Assembly (NCBI GenBank): GCA_036172245.1
Contig: JAYWIR010000027.1
Location: 2,604,001 to 2,668,000 of the forward strand
From: Raillietiella orientalis
Taxonomy: Eukaryota
Direction: 5' to 3'
Length of the DNA: 64,000 nt
Shown here piece after piece: positions 22,490 through 34,307 of the stretch (position 1 is the first letter of the stretch; each line of letters opens with the position of its first letter). Both the position numbers and the translations under genes were made by a program. The notes beneath the pieces were generated by a model. That model saw nothing but the letters and a program-made list of their open reading frames with translations, made no database searches and was not told the origin of the DNA.

Positions 22490-25400
22490 CGCTTGATTTT
22501 ATAAATAAATCTAAAAATGTTCGGTGATGAACGTGCATTTCTACAGGGTTATTACGAACGGGACCGTGCATTTCATGTTAAAGAACATTCTCATTTGCTA
22601 CTTTTCTTGCGATATCCTGTTATTTCCTCTTTCTTTCCGGTTCTTAATGGTTTGTGAACAGCCCCTTGAATATCCAACGTTCATGACAGGGTGCCATCGA
22701 ACGATGACTGTAGCATGCAACGTGCTTTCAACTGAATCAACAACAACTTCTTTCGTACTAATAGTAACTTGCGGACAGAACCAACAAGACAAAAGTCACG
22801 AAGATGAAACAACAGAAAGTTCAGAAATGCAAACATCAAATGATGTTCATCCGGATTCCGGCAAATCGCAAACCTCACCTGTAAAAACTTAATTATAATT
22901 CCGAAAGGATACACTAGCACTCTGGACCATTTTCAAGGTAACAGAATCACACCCCAATCACACTTCGAGTCGTTTTCTTCAATATTATGAATTTTGTAAC
23001 TGAAACCAAATTTCACAGCTGCTTTCTTCGTAGCTATTAATTATAGGTTGGGACACAACAGGGATGAAGGCACACAGTGCTTCCTAAGTTTTGAAACGAA
23101 GTCATCCACAAAACGATTAAAGATGCAAACCTTTAGGTATTCTTGAAAAAATGATTCAATACATTAGGTATGGAAAGGAAAGAATATTTATGCATTGCAT
23201 GCCAAATGGATTAGTGGCTGCTTCCACCTTTACAGATGCAAATATTTCCAACAAATGAATGGTTTCTCAAAAAAAAAAAAAAAAAAGGAACAAGGTTCTT
23301 TAGGACCGATCATGCTAATAATACAGGAAATGTAGCTCTCGTTATCAGAAATTATAGATGAAAATTATGGGATAAGACATATTTAAAAGATTTAAAAATA
23401 GACAATTCAGCAAGTAGCATATATTTTCATGGTAGCTCTGTGTGGTATGACGTTGGACGAATGGAGAAAAACAGGAGCTAAAAAACAAATGACAGTAGAA
23501 ACCAAAGCATAAATCCAATTAGAAGAATAAAAAGAAGACAGAACGTAAAAGGACCATGCAGAAACCCTGAATCAGAATTGAATATTATGAGCCTCCAAGG
23601 AAAAAGTTGCTTACAAACAACAATCTCAGTTAGAAGAAAAGTTGGAGACTCAAAATTATAGCTCATAAAAACGAAGAATTAGCACCGATCTATAGATTGG
23701 ATAAATACTTTGCTTAAGAGACGGTTCCTGGGATTATCTTAAATTATATAAGCCTAAAAAAGATCATTATCTTTAAGAATGCTATTAGAAAGGCAGTCAA
23801 GCAGTAAATGCTATCAGCACGAATTTAAGATTGTTTTTCATGAGAAAGCCATTAGCTTACAAATGATCAAATGGGCACCATTTTCAGAGAAATTCCAAAC
23901 GGATTCGTTTGTCCAATTCAGGTTTTGGAAGTAAATAGCGACAGAAATCGGATTGTATCGTGCGCGCTGACAGTAGAAGGCAGTGGAAGGCTGCCTGGGT
24001 CGAAGCAAAATGGCGTTTGAGAAAAAGAATAGAGTAAAATAATTCAGGAGAGTTTCAGATGTGCAGTAAAAAATCCTCGTTGCGAAATATCGGGTCCAAA
24101 TGCAATTGGTATGGGTTTTATCTGATTGCTGAGTTCATAAATCATTTGACAGAATATCTACTGTTCGAGTTGCAACATCAGTGAGATTACAGTCAATGTT
24201 CAATCGCACCCTCCTTGCTTATAAAAGAACCTCAAGAAAGTCGCGTGATAATACAATTGCTGTAATCCAAGAACAACACTTTCTGGTCCCAATCAAGACG
24301 CTTCAAATTTTCCTGCTCACCCCAATAAACCGAACTCCTTAACGAGTGTCGCGAATGAATTGCATAAACATAGTATGTAATTAAGTCTCATTAAATTACA
24401 CAACTACTGAACATGAGTAACCTAATTAATGGCATGATTGTTTGGTCAAATCATTCATGAAGCAAATAAACCGACGAGTCCCAATTTCACGTTTTTGTTT
24501 CCAAAGTTGATACATTATTAGCTCCTGGACTACCAGAGGTTTCCTATTTCTTGGAAATTTTGCTCCTAACGGCCTTTCGAAATGGAGATCATGGGATGGA
24601 TATGGGTGCAACCGAGGTGAAAGAATTCGCTACTGCTGTTCCGAAGGAAAAAGGCACGCAACTATTAGGATAAATCATTGGTGTCCTTCGAAGATAGACG
24701 CCAAAGATGCTGTGGTAGATTAAGCTTATGATGAAAACGATAGACAGAAACTCGGAATTTTCGGAAAAGAATCACTGGAGATTTTGCCCACCTTGAAAAT
24801 GTGCTCCTTTAAGTTATCAAGGATCGAATCTGGGTATCTTTAATCGAAGGTAGATGTTCTTAATCAAAAACGATTCATGTGAAACAACAAAACATTCGGT
24901 ATTAGGCAAAACAGCATTTATGCAGGCATTTTTTTTTTTTCAAACAAACAAACAATAAGCAGAGCTTTTTCGGTATGAAAGGACTTTACAGACAGTAAAT
25001 TTACGTCATTTTGGATTTCAAAATACCAAAAATGATTCACGCTAAATCCTTCCCTGCCATTTTTTTTTTTTTCTATTTGAAATCAAATCCAAGGAAACAT
25101 TCGATAGAATTCCGAACTATAAATGCCATCCTGCAGATGAAAAACTGTTGAAGGAAACGACAAGCACAAGCAAGCATGACGAAATTATAATCCGAAGGAC
25201 TGGAATCGTACTGAATGTGTTATTCTAAGCAGAAGGAACCTTGTGGATACGGAAATTGCAATGAATTTTTTCAGGAAACACTGAAAGGAAGAAGAAGATA
25301 AGAATCCCCCAGTCCGGTTGAGAGTCTAGATATGGGGAACGGTGGAAGTGTAATTTCCAGGCAGGTCTCAGGTGAAACAAGGGCTGTGAAGGTGGCGATG

Positions 25401-26369
25401 ATGCAGTGAAGATGGAGTGAATTTCATCTCAGGATGATAGCGGAGATTCAAGCACGAAAGTCCGGCGCCCAGCAGCTTCTTCCTGATCTTTAATTCAGCA
25501 GATCATAATGGACGGCACGACATGACAGCTAGCTGATTCATGCAACCCCACTTCGGCAATAAAGCGCGCAGTGCGTCCTGTCAAGTAAGAAACGTGGTGG
25601 CTCTCCGTGAAACCTGTAATTCCTCCATCTCTGGAACTTTCACTCGCTGGTGAGTGCCTCGGCCTGCAGCAGCCTAGATTGGTGCTGTCTCCGGACATCG
25701 AGTGGTGCGAACGGGATGTCCAGATAGGTAAAAAAAAAAAAAAAAAAAAAAAGGAAAACAAATGACCCTTGGCGGAATGAGGTGTGAAACTGCTCGAGGA
25801 AAGCGAAAAAAGCAAAGAAAAATAGGGAGCTCGGAGAACTCGAACAGCTGGAGGGTACGAAGAGCGAAAGCGAACAGGCATGCACACGCCTTACGAGAAG
25901 CGCGGTTTCCATGGCGTCCGCCCCGTGAGCGCGGCGCTCGCAACCATCGGCATGCCGTCGCCACGGAGGAGCGCCCAGGCGCTCCGCAGCGACCCCCACC
26001 GACAAAAGCGTCATCAACGCAGGTCCAGCGTGCGGTGCCTCGCAAACGAAAAGAACGGGTTACTCTGACCCGAATCCTTTCCTCGTGTCCAAGATCGCCC
26101 GCCCCTCTGGAAAAAGGGTTCCCCTCCCCCCGCCAGCCCTTCCCGCGAAGCTTCTAGGGGCGTGGTTCGCTCCAGCAGATCCACAGGGAGGTGGGCAAGA
26201 AAACAGGAGGAGGCTCGATTTCCGGTTCACAGGGCTGCGCTCTCATTTCGTGCCGAGATGGGTGAGGGAGGGAAGAGACCGCACAGATTTGCTCCCCGTC
26301 CACCTCCTCGGACTTTTCTCGGCGCAGCCCATCCGGCGCGCGGGTGGAAAAGCGAGCGACCACGTTCAC

Positions 26370-27300
26370 ATTCCTGGATAGTCGCGCGCTCGCTAAAGAT
26401 GGAACGGGACCGTCGAATGTACGGTTTTATCACGTGCGCAACGGGAGATCCGTTCCCTAGCTTACGATGCGCAGCAAAACGTGGTACACGCTAGTCCGGT
26501 ACATGTGCCTCACGTTTCGATACGCGTACGACAACGCGTGGCCGCGCGCCCGTGCACGAAGACTCGCGGAAGGGTGGGTCAGCACCTCTAGCCATGGTCA
26601 GTCACAGTCAGTCTTCAGCGCGAAGAGGGCGCGTCCCATAAGGCGACGTTCCTGGGCGGGATGCGTTGACCCAGCCGGCGTACCTGGACCGTTGGTTGGA
26701 AGGTTCCTGAAGGTATTTCCTCCCCAGTCGACCGCAGGCAGCAGATCAAGTCTGAACCAGGAGCGAACCGGACCGTGGGCCCTCACTCTGAATGCAGCGG
26801 CAGTTCTCGGGTGAGCGCGACACTCCCGTTGCGCGGGGCAACCTCGTTCTCGCTCCGCTTGGTCCGGCTTCTAAGCGTCTGGGAAACCAAGGAGGAGAAA
26901 GGCCGGCATCGCGCCCTACCCAGTTTTCTCCTCCTCCTCCATCCTGCGGACCTTCTCCGCTCGCCGCTGGGCAGAGCCAAAGTCGCGCGTCAGCGCGCCT
27001 AACCCAGCAGCGGCCGCAAAGGATCCTCCTGCCTTCAGCCGAGCACGTTATTATGACCCTCTCCCTCCAGTCGAACGTACTTCTTGCCCTCCTCCCCCCC
27101 TTCTGGTGAACACTTGAGCAGGCTGCTGGCCAAGACCCCGCAGGTCGCCTCCTCGTAAAAGCCGGCAAGAGGAGGCAGGAAGAACGCCTCGCGCGCTCAT
27201 TATCAGGGCGTACCTGAAACCTTGGAAACGGATGGATAAAAACACGGCTTCGACGGGACCCGGAGCTAAGAAAAACGAGGCACGTGGATCCAGGTGATGG
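26370..27300 (-). mobile_element. Possible very decayed Ty3/Gypsy-type pol relic (RT end + RNase H)
   Basis: Collinear, frame-broken motifs on the minus strand: IMSARGVLP, FDW, RP..VSQTL, AVDWG..TFRNL, LMGRALFALKTD, RLSR. Confidence 0.35.
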
Positions 27301-28339
27301 TCGCCTCCAGCGAGCCACGTGGGAAGCGGCCGTTCTACTCATCGCCGCAGTACCAGTTTTTCCGCCGGTTTTCGCTGCGGCGGAAGACGCACGCTGCCTC
27401 TACGACGGCCGCCCCCGGTCAACAATAGAGAGGCCCCCGGGAGAGAGTGCGGGAGGAGTCTTGCAAGCGAAGAGCTAGATGAGCAAGCCGGAGGAACGAA
27501 AACCGTACCGACCGCGATGGTGCGTGTCTCTCCTTGGGAGGAGGTGGCGGTGCTATAGGATTGCAAGCCTCCCCCATCTGCCCTCCGTCTCGAGCATCTC
27601 CTTGGCTGCACCCCCTCCCCCCCTTCCTCTCCTGGCAACGGAGACTCCGCGGATCGAGGCTCGATTTCTGCTTCTTCAGCGAGAACGCTCGCGCGAGCGC
27701 TTGGTGGCGCCTCCTACGATTGCTGTCAGCGGCACCCTCGGCTGCTGGTCCGAGAGATGCGAGGGAACGACATCCACTGCTCCGATCCGGGAGCGACTCG
27801 TTCCCGAGAGGGAAATTCGCATGTCCTTTCCTACGTACGCACTCGTCAGGATTTCTCCTGGCTGTTTCTTCTTCTTCTGCCTTCTTGTCCATCCTCGGAG
27901 TTCACTCTTTTCGTACGGAAATTCATGTACGTACATATACGCTTGCGACTATGGGATCTACTCGCGTACGCGCTTAAGTAAATGCAGATTTATGTGGTCA
28001 TAGCTCTCACGTAGCCGCAGACTTTTCCCTATGCATATACAAGGCTGTTTGCTACACGAGCATGCATACAGGGTAGGTGTACACGCGGCAGGGCGCCTGG
28101 AGGCAAGGTGCGCATGCGAACAGCGTGAAGGGTCGCAGGCACATCTAAGGACACACAGGCAACGAGTGATGCGGGGGAGGAGGCGCGGAAATCCCCTACC
28201 TCGGATCTCTCGCCTTCGCGCTCGGCAGGAATTTTGCAGATTTCCGTTCCAGCCGGTCCGGTGGAGGCGGCAAACGAAGAGGGAAAAGCACAAAGAGGAG
28301 AGAGGATGCTGCGCGAGGACGCAGATGAATCGGATAGGG

Positions 28340-29030
28340 CGGAAGGTGCTAGGGAAAAAAATAAAAATAAAAAAAAATAAAAGTGGAGGTGCAAAAATGG
28401 CAGGCCGGATTGTCTAACTTGGCCGGTTAAGGGGTCCGGATAAGGGAAATGGTGCGTCCCATCGATAGATGCGAGGCGATCGCCATCTTGCGGATGACCC
28501 CCTTCGGCATCCGAGCAAATCGAAAGCGGGTCGGCGGTTTCCACGATGCGCGAGCTCTCTCGGCGCGGCGACTTCCGAGCGCGCCTCCCGCCGTGTGTTG
28601 CCAGGTGCGAAGCCGCCGAGAGGCTGCACGTTCCCTTCCCCGCCATCCTCCGGCCTCTCCCCTTCCTCCTCCTCCTCCTCCGCTTGTCACCGGAGGGAGA
28701 CTCCCTTCCGACCGAGCAGGTCTCGGCAGGCACCCCCATGAGGCAAGGAGCGAGCGCGCGCGTCTTCTGAGGGCAGCGAGAGAAGAGATGGATGGATTCT
28801 TCTTCCGAGAGGGGCATCAGCCAGCTTGTAGGGCAGCTGCCACCACCGGCGACCGTCATCGACGTCGTCGAAACCAACGCACGTCGACTGTCACTTTGGG
28901 GTCTGCCAGGCAAGGGAGGAAAAGCATGCAGGAAGAAGCCACACAGAGGAATGATGATGGGACTCGGGGTGTCCTTGATTCGGAATGCTTCTCGAGCTGG
29001 AATCTTCTTCAACAGATCTTTTACAGTCTC
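28340..29030 (-). mobile_element. Possible decayed non-LTR 3' region
   Basis: SCPT…EEESIHLFSRCP resembles the non-LTR C-terminal zinc finger, with a downstream T-rich tract. Confidence 0.3.
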
Positions 29031-29269
29031 TGGAACTCGAAAAAAATAAATAAAAAGAAATCTTTTCCGGAACGCAAGATTTTGCGCAGAATCTTTTCCA
29101 CGGCAACCCTTCTGCTTGCGAGGGTCCCCACGTCTGCATCCCAACATCTTTGGGGATCCCGAAAAAGCCGGCTTCCCACCTCCACCCCGGTGTAGCGCCT
29201 TTGGCGGAGTCCGGTCCAGATCGCTCCGCGCGCGCACAGTTCTGCTCCCCCCGCCTCACCGATTTTTGT

Positions 29270-29520
29270 TGCTGCTGTGCGACTGCCCTCCTTGAACGCG
29301 GAACCGAGAGTCGCGAGTTCGAATCCCTCCCGGGGAAGGGTCGTCGACGCCGAGAACGGGGTGTGTGCGTCGTGGGTTTCGGTTTCCCCCCATGCAGGAC
29401 GACGAGGTTGACCCACGGGCCTGGGGTGAGGCACCGGCGAAATCCGGATGCCCCCGTTGACTGGTCCTTCCAGGAATCAAGGAGTCCTTAGGGGTTGTTC
29501 CCTTCCCCCACCTGCACCCT
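29270..29520 (+). mobile_element. tRNA-derived SINE copy (same family as 14230-14895)
   Basis: B-box GAGTTCGAATCC at 29315-29326, followed by CCCGGGGAAG…GCCGAGAACG and GATGCCCCCGTTGA…GGTCCTTCCAGGA, as in the other copies. Confidence 0.7.
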
Positions 29521-31179
29521 TCACGATCGCCTTGTTTTGCTTTCAAAGTCCCCTGACCGCTAACCGATTCCTGGCATTGAGGACAGGAGAGAGATTTAAC
29601 GAAGCCGCGTGCCACTCCAAATCAAAGAGGCTGATCAGCGAGGCAGCGCAAGAACACGTTCCTGTTGTCAACAGGCGGCAAAGCCATGCCGAAGGGTCCT
29701 CTGTATCACGAAACGAGTTTCCTCTTTTTTTCTTTAAAGGGTGCTTGAAGAGGAGTCTTTTGATACCCCCTCCTCCTCTACCCTATCATCCTGCACGGTC
29801 TCGTACGGAAGACGCGATGCTCGTCGTCGTCTCTTTTTTATTCTGTCTTCGCTGTTTCTCCTTCCTCGTCGTCGTCCCGAGGTGCGGATCCGGTGCTTCG
29901 CAACGGCAGCTGTTCGTTTCTTCCGCTCCTCGAACCAGAGGGGAGCAAGCCCTGCAGGGAGAGAGAGAGACCGTTTCGGGTGACCTTCTCGACGACTTTG
30001 GCTGAAAGTTCGTGTGTCCGCTTCCGCTGTGCTTCGTTCGCGCGATTTCTGCATCACCCTGATGCGAGATCCGACGCGAGCTCTTTGTCTTCTTTTTGCT
30101 GATGGCGGGGGATCCCGCAAGCACCTTCGCGCGAGGCAGCCCAGCTCGAGCTGACCTCTGTTCTCGGCGTCCTCCACCAGATACGCGTCATGTACTCACT
30201 CACATATCAGTACGGCAACTGACAAAGAAAGGTCACCAGGGAGAGTGACTTTCAGCTCGTTCCGCTGTTGATTTATCGATGGATTCTGGAGTCAATTGCT
30301 CAGATTCTGATTGGCGCGTCGTGGAGTGGCTTCGAGGTACAAGCTCGTCGTCACGGCGGATCCGCTCACCCGTTCTCCCATCGTTGCTGCAGACTGAAGG
30401 GCGTGGTGGTCTCCAAGAACTTTGTTTCGAAAACGGTTCAAGATGGTCTCCTGGGAGAGATGCTGCAGCGCGCATCATAAATTCTTGTTTTTCCTCATCC
30501 TTGTCTGTTCGAGTCGTGGAGCCTGCAGATGGAGTCCAAGGAGTAGTTCCGCTTTCCAGCAAGACTAAAGTTTACAAATCCCACCCTTCACCAAGGGTGC
30601 CAACATTTTCGACCGTGGTTTTTTTTTTTTTTCTTGCTTTGATGGATGAACCGACACTGCGCTGCAACTTTCACGTCCAGTCGCTTCCCCACCAGACTCA
30701 AGAAGCCGACCTCCATTCTTGTAACGCTACCTTCAACGCGTGCTTCCGTCATGCGTGCCTGAAGCTTTACGGCCTCGCAATAAAGTTGCACTCCAGCTAC
30801 TGCTAGGGAAAGCAATCATACAGAAGAAAACCGGCGACCATTGTGGCCGATGTGAAGACGCTTTAGCAACGCGTAGCAAGGCAACCACTGCTGAAACCTA
30901 GGCCAGCTCCCATTCCTTCTACAGAGCTGGCGATGCTGATAAGACGCTGGACGGTGGAGCAGTAGCAGCTGTTCCACAAGTGATGCCACCTAGCCGGCAA
31001 TCTCTTGTCTTCGTTGCTGCAGGGGGAGGGCGGAATGAAGAGACAAATATGTTTTTTTTTTCCTTCTTCTACAAAGACAGCCTCAGAGAGTAATGAGCTG
31101 CTCGAAGAGCATCTCGAAGAAAGGCTTGTTCTCTGACCAAGCCGCGGAAAGACCTCAGGTAGTTTTCCTTCACCTGTGT

Positions 31180-31540
31180 GGAGGCTTCCTACTGTCGCAG
31201 CGCTGCCCTCCTCGAGGTAGACAAGCGACAGTGGCACACCGGCAAGGTGGGACGTCGCCCTCAGTGCTGCTGGAAGAACAAAACCCCTCCATGGGTGGAC
31301 TGCACGGGAGGTGGCCGAATCAAAGACTCCCACTGTCCTACCCTAAAGGACTGTTCCTCCGGGAGCAGCTGCTGGACATTCCTTCAGAAGATTCGCAGCT
31401 GCCGGCGATGCTGAGGGACGTCTCTCTCCTGTCCCCTCAAGTGACAGGAGGAGTCAGCGTTGCCGATGTTACTGTTCGGGGTGCGGGTGTCTCGTATCTC
31501 TTTGTGGAGTGTGCTACCCTCCAGCCGGTTCCAATTGCAG
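31180..31540 (+). mobile_element. Possible decayed non-LTR zinc-finger region
   Basis: YLFVECATLQP resembles HLLVDCxxLRP of family A. Upstream motifs are weak. Confidence 0.2.
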
Positions 31541-34168
31541 AGCTGCTCTCCCGGAACCCGCAAATGGAACTCACTGCTGCTGATGGAACCACTACCGCTA
31601 CCATCGCTACCGCCCCGGGAAGCGAAGACCAGGAGCATCACCGCCGTCACCGGCACCTGCGCAGCTTTCGCGGAATCGCCTCGGTCAAGTTCACAAAAAT
31701 GTCGCGAGGGCGAAATGAGCGACTGAAGGGGTGGGGAAAGGGGGCAGCGACGCCGCTGCTCTGGACACGCCAGGGTAGTCGGGACCACAGGATTCTCCGC
31801 TGTATCGCAGGGTTGCGTGCGCTTTTCCTTGGGGAGCGCCGGACGCCGCGCATCCGGCACGTCCTGGCACGCTGGCGGTCGAAGCCTCCGAAGGGAAGCG
31901 CCTCCATGAATCACCGGGATTCCCACGATCCCTCATTCTTCACTTTCCCTCCAACTGGAACCTTCTTCTCCTCTATCCCTCAAGGGAAGCAAGTGACAGT
32001 GGCACCTTCAGGATTGCTTCTCCTGGAGGGAAAGGAATGAGAAGGTGCTGTGGATTCCCTGTCCGTTCCCTTCCGTGTTTGCGTGAAAGATCCAGGGAAT
32101 TCTCTGGGCCCACCAAACGACTCCGAGTTCTTTCCCGTCACCTCAGGAAACCGCTAGTCGCGCTGCATGAAAGCGCAGTGGTGGAGGTTGCTGGTGCTTA
32201 ATGGTGGTGCTGGGGGAAGGGGATAGCACTTCTTCCCCTCTTCTTCCTCCCCCAGGAAAACTCTCCGGTAGCCCAATCCGCAGTGCGGGTCACGGAATGA
32301 GCGTTTTTTTCCGGTTCCTTGTCGGTGCTGATGCCGCCGCTGCCTCGCTCCGGATGCCTCCGGTTCGCCGAAGCGCGGCTCCATAATGGCGCGTGTTCGC
32401 CGGGCAACGAAGAGCAAAGTGGGACGTGGGGATACCCCGAGAGTGGTCATCAGCAAGAAAGTCCGCCTTAGACGCCAGCTGCTCCGAGGGGAAGCGTCCA
32501 TCACCCCGAGGGTATCTCTGCCTCCGTCGTCGCACCCCTTCCATCCCTCTATCCGAAGTGACAGTCCGGCCAAAGGTGACGACGACCTTTGGCCCTGTCT
32601 ATCCGAACTTCAGCCAAGTTTCTTTTGTGACCCGCGGTGAGCCGCTGGCCTAGCCACCGAGAGTGCGGCAGACTTCTCGAGGCACCTGCTACAGCTTTCC
32701 AGGCAGGAGGCTGCTCTGCCTCTCACGTCATCCTCGCTTTTCGCGATCGCACCAACGCGGATCGTTCCGCGGCAGGGGAGGGGAGGAAGAATTTCCGCAC
32801 TGGACGTGTGACTGCCGCCGCCGCGGGTTTCCTTCCTCACGCGAGGCTGACGACGTCCTGAGGTGTGCCGCTGGGCTACTCGCGTGCCAGCCGAGGCAAA
32901 CAATTGGAAGGAAGATCTCGCCGGGCTGGGGTCCCCAAGGATGGGGAGAAGCAGAGATTTCGACGACCTCTGGAAAAACACGGGAAGCGAGGGCGACGCC
33001 GTAACGCGCAAGTATTCGTCACCGCTGAATGACACAATGAAGGAGACGTTCTTTGGGGAGAGTAGGATGAGGGTCCCCAAAGAAAAGGGGAAAAATGAAT
33101 CACTTGGCTCTGGGAGTCGGGAGGGCGTGCTCCCTTTCACGTCTGCATGACCACATCGCCGTCAAAGTAAAGTTCCTCGGCAGAAAGCCACCTGCCAGGA
33201 CCGAAACGCAGGTGTCAAAGGCAAGGAATGCGGCCTGAGGCCTGAACCGGACAAAGGGAGGCACCGATGCGTCTTGCACGCCGCGGTTTGTTGTTTTCCG
33301 ATCATATGGGAGGGAGGGAAGGAAGGAAGGAAAGGGGGAGGGGGGCAAACAACAAGCTTCCAGCATCGATAACTTTCGAGCTCGCACCTCGGAATCAGTA
33401 TTCAGCCGTGTTTTCCACTCTTCCTCGAGAAAGTTTGAAGCGGAAGGAACGTGGGAGATGTGATGACTGCTTCTGCCTGTCATCGTGAACGAAGCGAAGG
33501 AGGTCACGGAGAAATGAATTCATATAAGCCCCAATTAAAGGGAAATGGGTACACTTAAGCGAAAATACTGCTGCATCCTCTGTTCAGCTGAAAACTCGAC
33601 GCGCACACGCGCCTCGATAAACGCGTGCACGAAACGGGAGGAACACAGGCGGGAGATTTACCGGTTTGGAAAAATCTTCCTCTTTTCTCCGAAGGATGCG
33701 CGTTCCACAAACTGCCGCGTTCTCTGGAAGCTTATCTGACATTTGGGCGGAATTTCACTTTTAAAGCACAGACACGCAAAAGGGAGACGAGACGGTCGTC
33801 GGAAGCTGAGGCGTGGACGAACACACGGTTAGCACCATCGCATACCCTAAAGGTTATTTGGAACACGGGGCTGTTCTTCGAACAGAGCCTTGGCGGAAGC
33901 AATGGACTGAGGTGTAATGAAATAAGGAGGTGCCACGTGAAAACAAGAACGGAAAGCGCAACGGAAATCCGCCTTGCAACAATGCTCGCCCGCCATGTTC
34001 GCCCGAGGCGGTGGATGCTGCTGCCCACCACAGTTGACCGTGTCCCCGTCTCGATATGCATGTATATATATAATACGCCACCCTTAAATTGGGTCCAGAA
34101 TCGAAGAAACGCTCAGACTGGGAGGGAGTCTCTTCATTTCCTCAAAGACACGTTATTCTTAAGGACGT

Positions 34169-34307
34169 TTGTCACCCGGATATGCCGGGGCATTTATTAA
34201 ACTAATTTCTACAAAATTAGTTAATAAAGTCAGTAAACAGGTTTTTGTGGGGGAACAGTTGGTTCTCCCACGCTGGCGGACTTGTCGGGTGCCGGTGCCG
34301 AGACCGG
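34169..34307 (-). mobile_element. 139-bp 5'-truncated family A insertion (3' UTR only)
   Basis: Perfect 12-bp TSD TCTTAAGGACGT at 34157-34168 and 34308-34319. Ends AATAAATGCCCCGGCATATCCGGGTGACAA. The UTR resembles 57970-58110. Confidence 0.9.

Noticed and set aside
22524..22892. 122-aa plus-strand ORF divergent from AIMP3
   Set aside because: No recognisable domain. Probably promoter/UTR sequence.
25300..25500. Leucine-rich-repeat-like remnant on the minus strand (LNLRY, DLPGNYTSTVP)
   Set aside because: Interrupted by stops and too short to support.
33049..33084. Perfect 11-bp inverted repeat TTCTTTGGGGA/TCCCCAAAGAA
   Set aside because: Single occurrence with no associated TSD or element. 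Compatible with chance.
34157..34168. TSD TCTTAAGG resembles the R2 28S target site
   Set aside because: The flanks are not rDNA and the other TSDs do not share it.
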